DNA of 64,000 nucleotides from Anolis carolinensis (taxonomy: Eukaryota). The notes beneath the pieces are model-generated. The model saw only the letters and a list, made by a program, of their open reading frames with translations. It ran no database searches and was not told where the DNA came from. Location: assembly GCF_035594765.1 (NCBI RefSeq), contig NC_085841.1, positions 260,864,525 to 260,928,524 on the forward strand, read 5' to 3'. The position numbers and the translations under genes are program-made. Positions 38,104 through 50,923 of the stretch are shown in pieces. Numbering within the stretch: position 1 is the first letter of the stretch; each line of letters begins with the position of its first letter.

Positions 38104-39245
38104 TCCCTGTGTATTCTGAAACTCACTGTATGGATCTAAAACAGACTATTTGGTGAAGTTATTAAGAGATCTTTCACCCTGCACTGAATTCTGGTATTAT
38201 ATATCCCCTAGTTATTGTCAATAACTCCCAATTTTGGGTCAAGTATACACATAAACACATGGATTAACAACAGAAGTGGGAAAATCTTCTAACCCCAAAT
38301 TAGCTAAATTCATATAGGCAAATTTTGATGATATGGACATACTGAACCTCACTCACTCAAATTATGCACGATATCAAAAGGAGTGAGCACCTATACCAGG
38401 GGTTAGGGCCAATTTCAAATTCATAGCCCCCCTCCTACTCAAGTGATCCGTAGAGACATTTAAATAATGATAAAGCTTCTGATCTTGGAAACTAAGCAAA
38501 GAGGCTTAGTTACTACTTGGAAACCAAGGAAAACTAGGTACTATAGTCTACACTTCAAAGGAAGGTAATGGTAAACCATCTCTTGAGTATTCCTTGCCTG
38601 TGAAATTCAAGGAGTTACTATAAATAAACCATACGTCATTTCTGTTTTCTTGTATTCGCATTGCTATAATTACTTTTTATGGAGGTAGGGTTTGGTTTCA
38701 TGAGAGGCAAATAATTCTCAACCCCCCCCCCCCCCAAGATGGAAAAAAAATCAGCTGAAAATCAAGCTAAAGCTAAACTAATAGTTATTTCTGTTTTCTT
38801 CCATAGATTTATTCTTGGGTTTTTTTTCCTCCTTCAGTTGAAAAGACAACATGAGGGCAAGCAAGGTTGAGACAAATATACATTCCCCCATATACAGGGG
38901 CAGCACAAGGTGAACCTTACTGAGTGGTCTGAGGTGCAATGACCAAAACTTCTCTCCCTATTGGCACCTCATCTATCTTCATTTGGTGGGGACACAAGGC
39001 CCACATGGGAGGGAATATCGAGATTATGTTTGTGTATTTCACCAAACAATGATTAAATGAAATCACACATCTCCTCATTGCAAATTAAGATAACTTAGCT
39101 CCAAGGACTGTATCTAAAAAAATATCTTTTTTATTTTGCGGTATATGTGCTAAGCATGTTATTTAACACCTCCCTATCCCACTCTTGACTTCAAAACTAG
39201 TCAGGATAGTTTGCAATAAACAGGAATACAGCAAAAGTTAGTGAC

Positions 39246-39246
<1 letters not shown>

Positions 39247-39279
<33 letters not shown>
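39247..39279. repeat. (ATC)11 microsatellite
   Basis: Read directly from the sequence. Confidence 0.95.
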
Positions 39280-39280
<1 letters not shown>

Positions 39281-40106
39281 CGGGAATAAACAAACTAGAA
39301 TCTAACAAATAAAGGAAACTCTCACCATGTTTTCTCTAGAAACATTTCCAAAATGACCATCTTAGATAGGTGTTAAAATGTGCTTGAAACCACACATGAG
39401 GGTGGGGAGTGAGACAGATGTCCCTCAGTACAAATTATTATTACAGATGGGTGCAGTCAGGCTCAAATCAGCAAATCCAATTGACAAGATCAATTCTCAA
39501 TTTTCAGCATCAGTGAAGCAATGCATATAAGTGTTTTCTAAACAAAAGGGCCTCTTGGCTTACCAGTATTATTGCAGCCAGGAACAGAAGCTCAGAAATA
39601 GTGGTCAGAAATACGGCATTATTTGTTGATTGCAATACTTTCTTGCTGGTGTGCTAAAACAATATTTCTAATATATTTCAGGGCAACATTAGTTCCTGAG
39701 ACCTACCTCCAAACATGTTCCTCCAGCTTGCTTGGGACTTACCTTGACTACTAATATTACAGCAAATTGAACTCAATACCAATTTCCAAGTTTCATATTT
39801 CACTGGTCCCAGAGAAAGGAAGGGAAACAAATTGCAGCAAATAGCTTGTTTTCTGAATCAAACTAAATACACTAACAGTATAGAACACCCAAAAGAGTGA
39901 GAAAAATCCTCAAGGGAAAACATTGCAACGGAATGGCTCTTAGAATGATGCCCTGAATCCCCTTCTGGGTGGAGAATGGCAGCGTATAAATGGAGTAAAT
40001 AAATAAATGCAAAGAAGAGTAAAGTACTCACGTATAAGTTATCCTCATGTATAAGTCAAGGTTGGGTGGGTTATAGATTTTACTATGACCCATGGATAAG
40101 TCAAAA

Positions 40107-40320
40107 GGACTGCTGTCTGAAAGGTTAGCAATTCGAATCTGGGCAGCAGGGTGAGCACCTATCTGTCAGCTCCAGCTTCTCATACGGGGACATGAGAGAA
40201 GCCTCCCACATGATGGTAAAATATCCAGGTGTCCCCTGGGCAAAGTCCTTGCAGACAGCCAATTCTCTGACACCAGAAGCAACTTGCAGTTTTTCAAGTT
40301 GCCCCTGACACAAAAAAACA
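40107..40320 (+). mobile_element. tRNA-derived SINE (second family, A-tailed), apparently nested in a DNA-transposon remnant
   Basis: B-box-like aattcgaatc, head similar to the Sauria SINE but a different body ending cctgacacaaaaaaa. Confidence 0.65.
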
Positions 40321-41813
40321 AGAGTCAATGGTCAAACTTTGGGGCAAATTTAAATGTTAGAGACACGCGAATAGGAGTGTGTCTGTGAAAGGTAGGTACC
40401 ATTATGGTGACCCTGGCCCACATTGTGTGTGTAAGTGCCCACAACCATCTGAGATAAACAGCCCCCATCTTTTATTATGCATTATTTAGCATTAAGGAAC
40501 AATGTGAGGCAGCTTATACAGACTTATACAATAAGCCCCTATTAAAAATGGCCACAGTCACTCCGCTTTATCTCAAGTGAGGAGCCAAAAGAGAAATTGA
40601 GAAAAGCCCATAGCTCATCAAGCTGGCATAGTCATTGCCATCTGTTTCCAGCAATGACCTGTGGATAAGTCATCCAAGGTTTTGGGATTGATTTTTTTCC
40701 TCAAACATTTTGATGTATACATGAGCATATAGAGTAATACTACATCCCTCATTCTTTTTTCTTGACTTACTGTTGCTCTTAATTGCCATCATGTTGGCTT
40801 TAGCTTATGGCAAGCCTATGGATGAGAGACCTCCAAGAAACCTTATTCTCAAAGACCTCAGGTCTTACAAACACAGAGATATGCTTTCATGGACTGAGTA
40901 TATTCCACCTGTAATGCAGCTCTATATTTCTACATGAACGACACTGGATTAGAGAGCCAACTCTGACTCTAATATCAAAATTAACTAACAACTTCACAAG
41001 ACTACAGATGGTTATATTTTCAAGTCATCATTAGCTTTAATGATATTATCACTTGTCCGGACTAGTTGTATTTTAATTTTCTCTCAGATTACTATTTCAA
41101 TATTTGCCTCTACCAACCACATGTGCATACATGCTTGCAGTTTAGCCATATCCTGCTTAGCAGGCCTACTAGTGTAGATTCTGGTCTCAATTGTAGAGGA
41201 TTTCAAATGAAAGTTATAAAAAAAAACTAGTCTGTCTCATTTGCTGCCTTCCAGACAATAATTGGAAAATATTAGAACAGGATTTTTATCTCACTCCTTT
41301 TCATTTATGTCTTTTTCACACAGGTCTTTCTTTTAATTTCTTTTAGTTTTGTCCTGAAGATTATGGCTATCTATACCTCTTCCCAACAATTCTATTGCTT
41401 CTCACAACCATCAACCTGTCTTCCTGGGAAGAGACATTCTAAAGGCTAGTCTAAGAAAACTGCCTTCTGGTTATTTTCTCCTTTACACTTTTCAACTATC
41501 TTGACTTCAAAACTAGTCAAGATAGTTGATTAGTTATAAACTGAGAAATGCAGAAGAGGATTTTATTTATGGTTTAAAATCCACTGTAGAGCAATACATT
41601 TACAAAACAGTGAGTGAGCTTTCAGGTTTGCACAAGACTTTTATCAGAGACAATGATAATTAATCTCTGGGTAAAGGAAAACTAGGAGTAGTGTAATTGC
41701 TTCTCAAATTTAATTGCAAATCAAGATAAGCTGAACTTTAATTTTAAGGTAAACAGGTTCACGTTGGAGATGTTAAGTCACACACAATAACCTGCAGAAG
41801 CAGAAGCTAACTA

Positions 41814-42209
41814 CAGCATTTCCCAAATTATGAACAATATAGGTTCTGTAGGTTTGTTCTTAACTTGAATTTGTTGGAATAAGTACATTTTAGTGTAACT
41901 CCAGCCCAATATATATTAGCTTTGGATAGCATAGGAAAGAGTTATGTGGTGTTTGTTTTGTTAGTTTTGCTGTCTGTTCAGAAGATTTCACTTCTGTCCC
42001 TGTGATAATTGGATTTTGAAAAATTTGGCTTGTCATGGAAATAAGGATTGCTGAGAAAGCTTCAGTGGAGATACCTTTTCCCATGATAACTCTTCCAGGA
42101 GTGAATTTTCCTTCCAAGGGGTAGATTTTTCTCACTTTCTGTTGTCTCACCCCTGTTCGTAACTATGTGTTGTTTGTAAATCGTCTGTTTGTAACTCAGC
42201 GACTGCCTG
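41814..42209. mobile_element. Tigger-like MITE
   Basis: Degraded left TIR cagcatttcccaaattatgaac after TA. Right TIR gtttgtaactcagcgactgcctg. Confidence 0.6.
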
Positions 42210-42317
42210 TCCTCAGTTTTGGTGAGGTGGATGAAAAACCACTTTGGGCCCGACTATGAGAAACAAGTGTTCTCAAAAAATTATTGGATCCATTTACTTC
42301 TCTAAAACAGTGATAGA

Positions 42318-42480
42318 TATGTGGAACTCTCTGCCTCAGAGTGTGGTGGAAGCTTGTTCCTTGGAAGCTTTTCAACAGAGGTTGGATGGCAATCTGTCAG
42401 GGGTACTTTGTGCTTTTCCTGCATGGCAGGGGGTTGGATTAGATAGCCCACATGGTCTCTTCCAACTCTATGATTCTATG
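42318..42480 (+). mobile_element. CR1 3' end fragment
   Basis: WNSLPQSVVEA..LEAFQQRLDG and the ttccaactctatgattctatg tail, similar to 29895-30069. Confidence 0.88.
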
Positions 42481-43061
42481 TGTCTGTGGAGGGAAATTTT
42501 CTATCAAGGCATTTACTTTGAAATTAAAAGGCAATTTAAATTGAATCTATCAATTTCTTACCTTATTAATTATTAACTAAGTGCACAATTGCTTTTTTAA
42601 AAACTAACTTTCCTATATCCTAGACCTAGGAAAAGATGAAAAGAATTAAGAGGTTCTATGTAAACATTTAAAACCAAATAAGATGGAGTGCAAGGCATTC
42701 TGTCTGAACACAATTGGATTACAGGTCTTGGGTATTGCTGATACCTTCAACAATAATTGGATTTATTACGGTGAGCTCCTTGGGGCATAACTTATTGGTA
42801 ACTCAGCTTGCGAGATGTAAATCTGTAAACAGTATTGATCAGAGCCATGTTCTTTCAAGCTCTGTTTTACTTGAAATCTATTAAATCAAAAGGAAACAAA
42901 ACACATTAAGCAGCCACTATCTCAAAATATTGCTTAGAAAACAATATCCTTTGTTTCAGGACTCAGGTGGCCCCAAAACAGCATAATCTATAAGAGAAAA
43001 ATTATTTTACTGCCAGACGGGCTACAAGGAATTCTGACCATAATCTCAAAAATTTAAATTA

Positions 43062-43384
43062 CAGTAGAGTCTCACTTATCCAACACTCGCTTATCCAACC
43101 TTCTGGATTATCCAACGCATTTTTGTAGTCAATGTTTTCAATACATCGTGATATTTTGGTGCTAAATTCGTAAATACAGTAATTACTATTTAGCATTACT
43201 GCATATTGAACTACTTTTTCTGTCAAATTTGTTGTATAACACGATGTTTTGGTGCTTAATTTGTAAAATCATAACCTAATTTGATGATTAATATGCTTTT
43301 CCTTAATCCCTCCTTATTATCTAACATATTCGCTTATCCATCGTTCTGCCGTCCTATTTATGTTGGATAAGTGAGACTCTACTG
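43062..43384. mobile_element. pogo/Tigger-type MITE
   Basis: Perfect TIRs cagtagagtctcacttatccaaca / tgttggataagtgagactctactg, TA TSD. Confidence 0.92.
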
Positions 43385-45118
43385 TATCTGGTTTTAACCC
43401 ATAAACCAGAGAACCCTGAATACCTTTTTAAAAATACTGGATGTTAATCAATAAATATGCCAAGCAATCCTCCTTGTTTTTAGTACCACTGTCAATAGTT
43501 CAAAATACAAATATCCATTTAGCATGCCCAAACATTCCTATACCAATTCATTAACAAAATAGCCTGTTTGATGGAATTTGCAACACTTTAAAAAACTATT
43601 TTGGACATTTGGTTATATTAATATATATGTCTAGATTATATTAATATATATCTAGCTTGTGCATACCTTCTTGTATGTATTTCTCCCCCATTTTTTGTTT
43701 TCATTTTATTTTAAATCTAATGAAAATCAACAGAAATAATTACACTTCTGAAATTCTGACAGCTAAAGAAAAATGCAAGGAGTAATTTATACAAGATTTG
43801 GCTTGATCATTCTTACTGCAGAACTGTAATAGTCTTTATTTTAATTATTACATTGTTTTGTTTTATCTATCTTCCTTTAGCTAATGTGAATTCTAATACA
43901 GCTAAAACATCTCTAACAGAATATGATTTTATGCAAGTAACTAAATCCTTAAATACCTAGTCTGATAAAACACGTTAGCATTAGCTCAAGCCTTTTTTGG
44001 TCAAAATACGGTAAAGTTTGAAATTCATTTTTATTACTTATTAAGAATATGCCCCTAGCAATGAAGAATGAAAAAAAGAAACAAGTATTCTCAACAATCC
44101 AGAATATGGATTTAACTTGAGGCCACTCACTACCACTAGAAAGGACTGTACAGGTTTTCTGTAACTACCAGGTTGTATTGTATTATGAGATCCATAAAGT
44201 GCTTATAAAATACATTAAAATGCATTAAAATTAACATAGAAAGAACAACATACACAACAATGAGCAACACAGAGACTCCCTGCATACTAATTTCCCCCCT
44301 AGAAAGACCAGAAGCCTCTTTTTAGAGGCTTGATATCGTTCATGGATAGTTCCATAAAAATTAGATGTAATTGCTTTTTCTATAACAACTACAATTTGTA
44401 AGAAAGGCAATCCCTCAGGCAAATCAGATAAACACATTCTAGCACATACTCACATGCACAACAGTATGAAAACTCATAAAAGTCCAGATCCTTGATAACT
44501 GATATGTGAAGAATCTCAACAAAATGAGCAGTCACAGGAAGAGGCTGACAAATCTATTGCTGACTAATGGAGTGGAAGCTCAGTGCCCCAGCAGCCAAAA
44601 GCCAATGTTATTTTGAATTCTGGGCAGGGAAACTAAACTGGCTTCAAGTCCTTTGCTGTGTTTTAGGCAGCCCTTGTTGAGGTAAAAATGAACTACATGC
44701 GATAGTTAAAGGTGCCTGTGACCCCAAAACACAGATCATTGCTAGCTAATACCTCTGAAGTCTGGAACTTCTTTGAGCGCCAACAGTAGAGGCTGCCAAA
44801 TACTTGTCTCTTTCCGATTATGAAGCACTCTCAGGGAAAGTGCTTAATTCTTACATTTTCATATTGCACATTTTTCCTGATATAAAAACTGCAATTGCAA
44901 TTCAGAGATCACATGTATCTCTGTCGGCAAAAAACTCTCTGTTGTTAATTTTCTCTGCTAAAACATAGGTAATTTCGGATATAGATCTGAATCCCATGAA
45001 GACTATGAAAAGTTCTATCTATGATGTTCTTAAAAAAACCCACTTGCATCTTCATTGTAATTCTCATCTCCACAGGTGCTTCTTCCTGAACACTGACGAT
45101 TGTGAGGAATGTTCCTTA

Positions 45119-45298
<180 letters not shown>

Positions 45299-48200
45299 TT
45301 AAAAAGAGAATACAAGAAATGTTAACCTTTGTGCTATAGTGAACATGAGATGGACTTGGGGGTCTTCCCTACTAATCTTCTAATTCTGTCATTCTCTGAT
45401 ATGTGCCGTGACAGGGAACACAGGTTCCTCAACAAAACACAAATTCCTTTCTGCCATGACACCCTTCCAGTAGACAACTGCAACTGAACATTTATTCAGA
45501 TGGTGGTTCCTGTCATATTCTACAAGGAGACAGCTTTGGAAGCATTCTATGGACTTCAAAAGAAAAGGGCATTGTACATCTTATTCCAATAGAGGAATCA
45601 CTCTTCTAGTTAAATCCATGCAAATGATACCCAGAGTCATACTATTTTTTATTATTGCAGTTATGACCACCATAATGCAAATCTCTCATGGGTTTGGGGG
45701 GATAAGTAGTTCAGGGTGGGAGGGTTAACCTTGTCTTCCTTTTGAAGCTGAGAAAGTATGACACATCCAAGGTCACTCAGAATGTTTCCAAGACTGAATA
45801 GGGATTACAATACTGGTCTTCCAGAGTCTTAGTCCAACACTCAAATCACTGCATCTCACTGGCTTTCAGCAAAGCTTTTCAAAATACAAGAAGCATGTTA
45901 TTGAGTCAATACTAGAATCACAAAAAAATCAGCATTCTGTCCCTGAAACAATAAAGCCAGGGGATTGCAGAAAACCCACAAACAGAACTATGAACACTGC
46001 AGTAATTTTCTGGCCATGTTCTTCAACAACTGGCATTCAGAGATAATACAGTTACCAAAATGATCAAAACCTGATGCTCTTATCCTCCACGAATTTGTCT
46101 AATGTCCTTGGTACTATCTATGTGTCTAGTTTTCCCTTTTGGCCTGGGAAACATTGGCAACACCTTGCCATTCCTTCTTTGAATGCAGTTGGGCATTGTC
46201 TACTCATGCCACAATAAAATAATTTTGTTCCTTCAACTAAATAACCACATTTAGCTGGTAACCCTGATGGAGGCTCTTGAAGCATGAACCTTTACGTCTT
46301 CATGCTCACAGTAAATCTAACTCCTTTTTTTCTTGGTGCAAATATGTCATCATCACCTCTGATAGTGATGGATGATGCTCTAGCAAATTAGGGTTGATGC
46401 TGCTGACAGATTCATGCTGCTGGGGAGGCATCTCTGCCCATCTCCCCACCTTTATCCATCTGACAAACAATGGACTCTCAGAGGCATCAAATACAACAAG
46501 CCACTATCTTCACTCATCCGACAACTAAAAATATAGGGTGGATTGGTAAAAGCTACCAAAAAGGAGGTGGAGGGATAAAATCTACAACTCCTCTCTTCCC
46601 AGTACCAGCTCACTCTTTAACAGAATCACAGTGCCAGAAGCATGTGTGTGTGTATGTCTGGTGTCAGCAGAACAGGAGGGAGCCCCTAGACACTGAATGT
46701 CCTGGAGCATTTGTTCCAGTTGCACCACTGATTATCCAGCCTTGCAAATACAAAGATATAGCTAAGAGAGGTGTTATTCCATTCCAGACACTCTAGTAGA
46801 ATCTTAATATGATGAACTCTTTTAACTAAAAGTCATTTCTGTCCCTCAGGGTTGAAGCAATTAAACTCTCCTTCTGCTGAGTTTGGCAACAAGACGACAG
46901 AAGTAGGTTTGTGCCAAGCAACTATGTAGAATGAAGGAGGTCACGATAATTTCTACCTCCAGTTATATCAACCGAATAATTGCTCCAACTGGAACTTGCT
47001 TTTGGGAAAGGAAAAAAATTGCCTTGTGCAGAAGAAACATTGTTTAGGCTTCAAAGTAATCTGGCTTTGTTCTGGCCTGATTTCCACTGTAAGTTTTCAA
47101 AGCCTCTCACAAAAAAGAAATGTGCAATTCTTGTCTGGAGATGTATTCAAAAAAGTATAAAATGTTAATGCACTAAACAGAGAATAAAGAACCTGGCATA
47201 GCTTTAGGTGAAACTAAGTTTCCAAGGTCAAAGTTCTCAATTTATCCATCTCCTTCCCTTAGGAATGCATCTCAAAAGACAGTTTAAATCAGAAATATTC
47301 TGACTTTCCAGTGTTTTTCACCATGCAAGCTTTATGGAACTATTTCAGCCTTCCTATCAAATGGAAAACATACATTTCAGTAACAAATTAATTTTAGCAG
47401 GTCATTCCTTTTAAGTTTATAAATAATCTTTGTCAGTTCTGTAACTTTGTATAGGAACCCTTCACATATACATTTTCAAATATGTCCAAAATTATGTGGA
47501 CATTTTCCAAAATATACTTTAAGAATCATCACCAACTCCTTAAACAAACAAACAAACAAAAAAGCAGCCGTTTTCTTTGGTCATCCTCTAAGAAGCTGCA
47601 CAACATGTACTTTACAATAAAATAATTCACTTTTTTGCTGGTCTGAGAGCTTGATAATTTCTATAAATAATGCATGAATCCCAATAGCCCACATGGTAAT
47701 AGGAAGCAATGCTCTATGAAAAGGGGATGGGAGACTTGTATGTGTTGTCCAAATGCATTTAGAATTAATAAGTTCCTCAGGTCATCTAATCATGGAGCAG
47801 AAAAGCACAAGAGAAGAAAAAAGCAAACAAACTAGTGAGGTATAATCCTCATATCATAACAAAGTTAGCCAAAGAAATTTTACTTCCTTAGTTAAAGCAG
47901 CCAGTGGCAACAAATACACAATAATTAAAAGTACACAGTATATAAAATCAGTCAAGTTGTCTTGGCATATAATGCACAAAATCCCACAAGTGCCATTACC
48001 CTGCATAATATTCTTGAGTTCAAAAAATGTTGTTCACCATGTTCTATTGTTTTATGACAAGGAAAATCTGTTGCCTAAGAGTGGGATAGGCAATTATTCT
48101 CCCTAGTGGAAGTACCAGACCTAAATAAGAATATAACATGCCTCCTTGTGGATTTCAAGCCAAGTGCAGGCTCCTCCATGAAAACTATGCCATAATAAAT

Positions 48201-48527
48201 ATGTTACTTTCAGAATTCCTTTTGTCCTTTGTTTCAAAATATCAAGAACACATTTTCATCCCTCACATCTCTGATTCCTTCCACCATTATCTTCTTACTT
48301 ACTTCACAGGGTTGTTCCAACAATAACAAGGGGCAGGGGAAACTGTTTTCAACCTTGAGCTTTTTATAAGAAATGCAAGATGGCAGTACTATAAATAATG
48401 AATATGCTGAGAATTAATTCAAGAACCCCCATGGCAAAATACCCACTTAACTCACATTTCTTTGACAAGTAAACTTGCTTGTCTGCCTTTTATTTTATCT
48501 TCTGACAGCTTTGGGTGCTAAGCAGTA

Positions 48528-48869
48528 CAGTGTTCCCTCACTTATCATTGGGGTTAGGTTCCAGGACCACCTGCAATAAGTGAAATCTACAAAGTAGGGA
48601 CGCTATATTTATTTTAATATTTATACATTATTTTAGTAGTTATACACTATTTTAAGCCTTTATCAACCAATTGTGTGTTGATAAATCACCTCCTTCTCCT
48701 CCCGTTGCCACTTGGGCTCCTTTTCTCTCCCTTCGGCTTCTCCTTCCTCCCTTCCTTAGGCTGTAAATTGTAAGTTTTTATTATTTATAATAGTCTTTTA
48801 GAGTTTATTGAAAAACCGCAAAACAGCGAATCCGCAAAAAGTGAACCGCGAAATAGTGAGGGAACACTG
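48528..48869. mobile_element. Tigger-like MITE (second TIR family)
   Basis: TIRs cagtgttccctcact / agtgagggaacactg, TA TSD. Confidence 0.88.
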
Positions 48870-49324
48870 TATTCACATAGATCAAGATGCCTAGATTTTA
48901 CTCACACACAAGAGTGTCAAAATCATTGGGGTGCTTTTGCAACAGAAAGAAAGTTGAAATATGATACTCATGCAGTCCTAAAATTATGATTACCCGAGGT
49001 GTTTGGAAAGGGAATGTGAAAAATTATTACTGCACAAAAGCAGGCCAAAAGATGCACATAATAAAGTGGAAGTAGACAGGATACACATTTCATTTGGAAG
49101 ACCACAGGAATGTTCAGTGATAACCAAAGTCATGTCTCTGAGAAAGAAGCAAGACAAGGATGCACTTAATGTGAAATGAAGAGATGTTAGAGTTTCTTCA
49201 TCACACACTTAAACCAGCTCTGACTTCTGGGGCGGGGGATTTCAGTTGTAGTTAGGAATATAACTGTTTTTCGGGACACTCACAATTATTTAAACTTTAC
49301 ATTCTGTATATAATCTTCCAATAT

Positions 49325-50623
49325 CTGACAGCAAAATTAGGCAATTCCAACTGGATGGCCCCCCACGAGGGTCTTCCTCCAGGGGCAAACTGTCAGGACC
49401 CAGGCTGCAGAGCACCAATAACCACGCGCAGAGGCCAGAATCTATCTAATATCTTTATTAAGGGAATATATAAAGTCAATAAAAACAAGTGTAGAATATA
49501 GTTCAGAAATAGACCTTTCAAGAAAGGTCAAATATAGTCCAGGAAAACAATGTCCAATATATGATATTAAAGCCCAAAGTTATAATCCACTTCACCGAAA
49601 CACACACTATTTAGCAAGCAATAGTGTGGGGAACTGTCCATAGTCTTTGAGGCTCAAGGTAAATCCGAAGGAGGGGAAAACAAGGCTGGAATCCGAGAAA
49701 CAGGGTCCGAGGTTTAAAACGCAAAGCAGGGCAAGACTTGAGACTTGGCAAGGTCCAACTTGAAACAAGACAATCGTGGAACAAGAACTGAGTCCATAGA
49801 AATCCGTGGAACAAGGCAGGGCTGGAAACTTGGTTCAGGAGCTGGGAACTGGGGTACGAAGTCTACACACGATCTCACTCCACGAGCTGACGAATTGACT
49901 CCGCAAGGAATCCTTTGTGGCCAAGCATCTATATAGGATCTTGTTTTCCCGCCAAAGCAGACTTTCTCTGGGGAACAAGAACCGAAACCTAAACTGTCCA
50001 GATGCAGGACTCCTTAAACTTTCCCAAGGGAAATAGACTTAATCATCTAATTGTCTGGCAGCTATCCGGGCGCTTCGGCGAGTCGCCTCCTGCGCGTGTC
50101 TATCTTGATTATAATAAAGGCGGCGAGAAAATGGGGGAGATTTCTCCTCAAGGCTTGTTTGTCTGACTTCTTGTGGGCAAACATCCTGCAGCTGCAAGGG
50201 CTCCAAATCTGGCAGAAACGGTGGGAAACCCAAGTTTTCCTCTTCATCTGTCACAACAGTACTAGGAATGGGACTACATGGCCCATAAGTCATCACACAA
50301 ACCAAGAATGGGCAACTTGGAAGTCCCCAAATAGACTCAGAAGCAGAGTTGGCAAATCAAAAGACAACCTGGCAAAATGGAATTACCTAGAAAAATCCTC
50401 CACCTTTGCGACTGTGGAGCAAAACAAATGACTCAGCATCTGTTTGCTTGCACACAATGCCCAGACTCAGAGGAAGAACTGTTTAAAGATACAGACAATG
50501 CAGACGCTTTTGCTTATTTTTGGTCTAAATCTATTTAGCAGCTTGTGATCCCCTTATTTTATCAGTTTTAAACTTATCTATTTATGGAATACTTTTGAAA
50601 CGAAATAAATATAAATAAACAAA
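49325..50623 (+). mobile_element. Vingi-like LINE 3' fragment split by a solo LTR
   Basis: The frame (P)HEGLPPGAN resumes after the LTR as QEWATWKSPNRLRSRVGKSKDNLAKW, then CDCG...H..C and a (TAAA)-like tail. Family assignment is from memory of Vingi/Ingi C-termini. 5' boundary approximate. Confidence 0.65.
49391..50297 (-). mobile_element. Solo LTR (Gypsy-type), 907 bp
   Basis: TGT...ACA ends. Perfect 5-bp TSD caaac (49386-49390 / 50298-50302). Minus-strand TATA-like box at about 49930 and AATAAA at about 49454. Confidence 0.88.
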
Positions 50624-50899
50624 TTTGACAGAAAACCCTGTACTGATATTTAACTTCTGAAGAGATTGCCAAAAATGATATAAACAAGATCCCCTGTGGA
50701 GCATGCACAGGTACAAATGAGAAGGTCACTCCCCACTCCCATACTTTTAGGGATACTGCAAAGATAGTGAAGGAAATAAAATAATTAAAATAAACATTCT
50801 TTTAAAACTGTTTCATACATTTCAGTTTACACAGGTAAAAATAATCTCCCCATAACAACATAAATAAATATAGAGAAGTCAGGCTCTTTGTATTCTGTG

Positions 50900-50923
50900 T
50901 AACCCTAACCCTAACCCAAGCCC
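50900..50923. repeat. Short interstitial telomere-like repeat, (TAACCC)3 plus a degenerate unit
   Basis: taaccctaaccctaacccaagccc. Confidence 0.7.

Noticed and set aside
49108-49210. Candidate intronic C/D snoRNA (GTGATGA ... CTGA with a short terminal stem, minus strand)
   Set aside because: No recognisable rRNA or snRNA antisense element, no clear C'/D' boxes, and far from the 3' splice site. Such box pairs are expected by chance in 64 kb.
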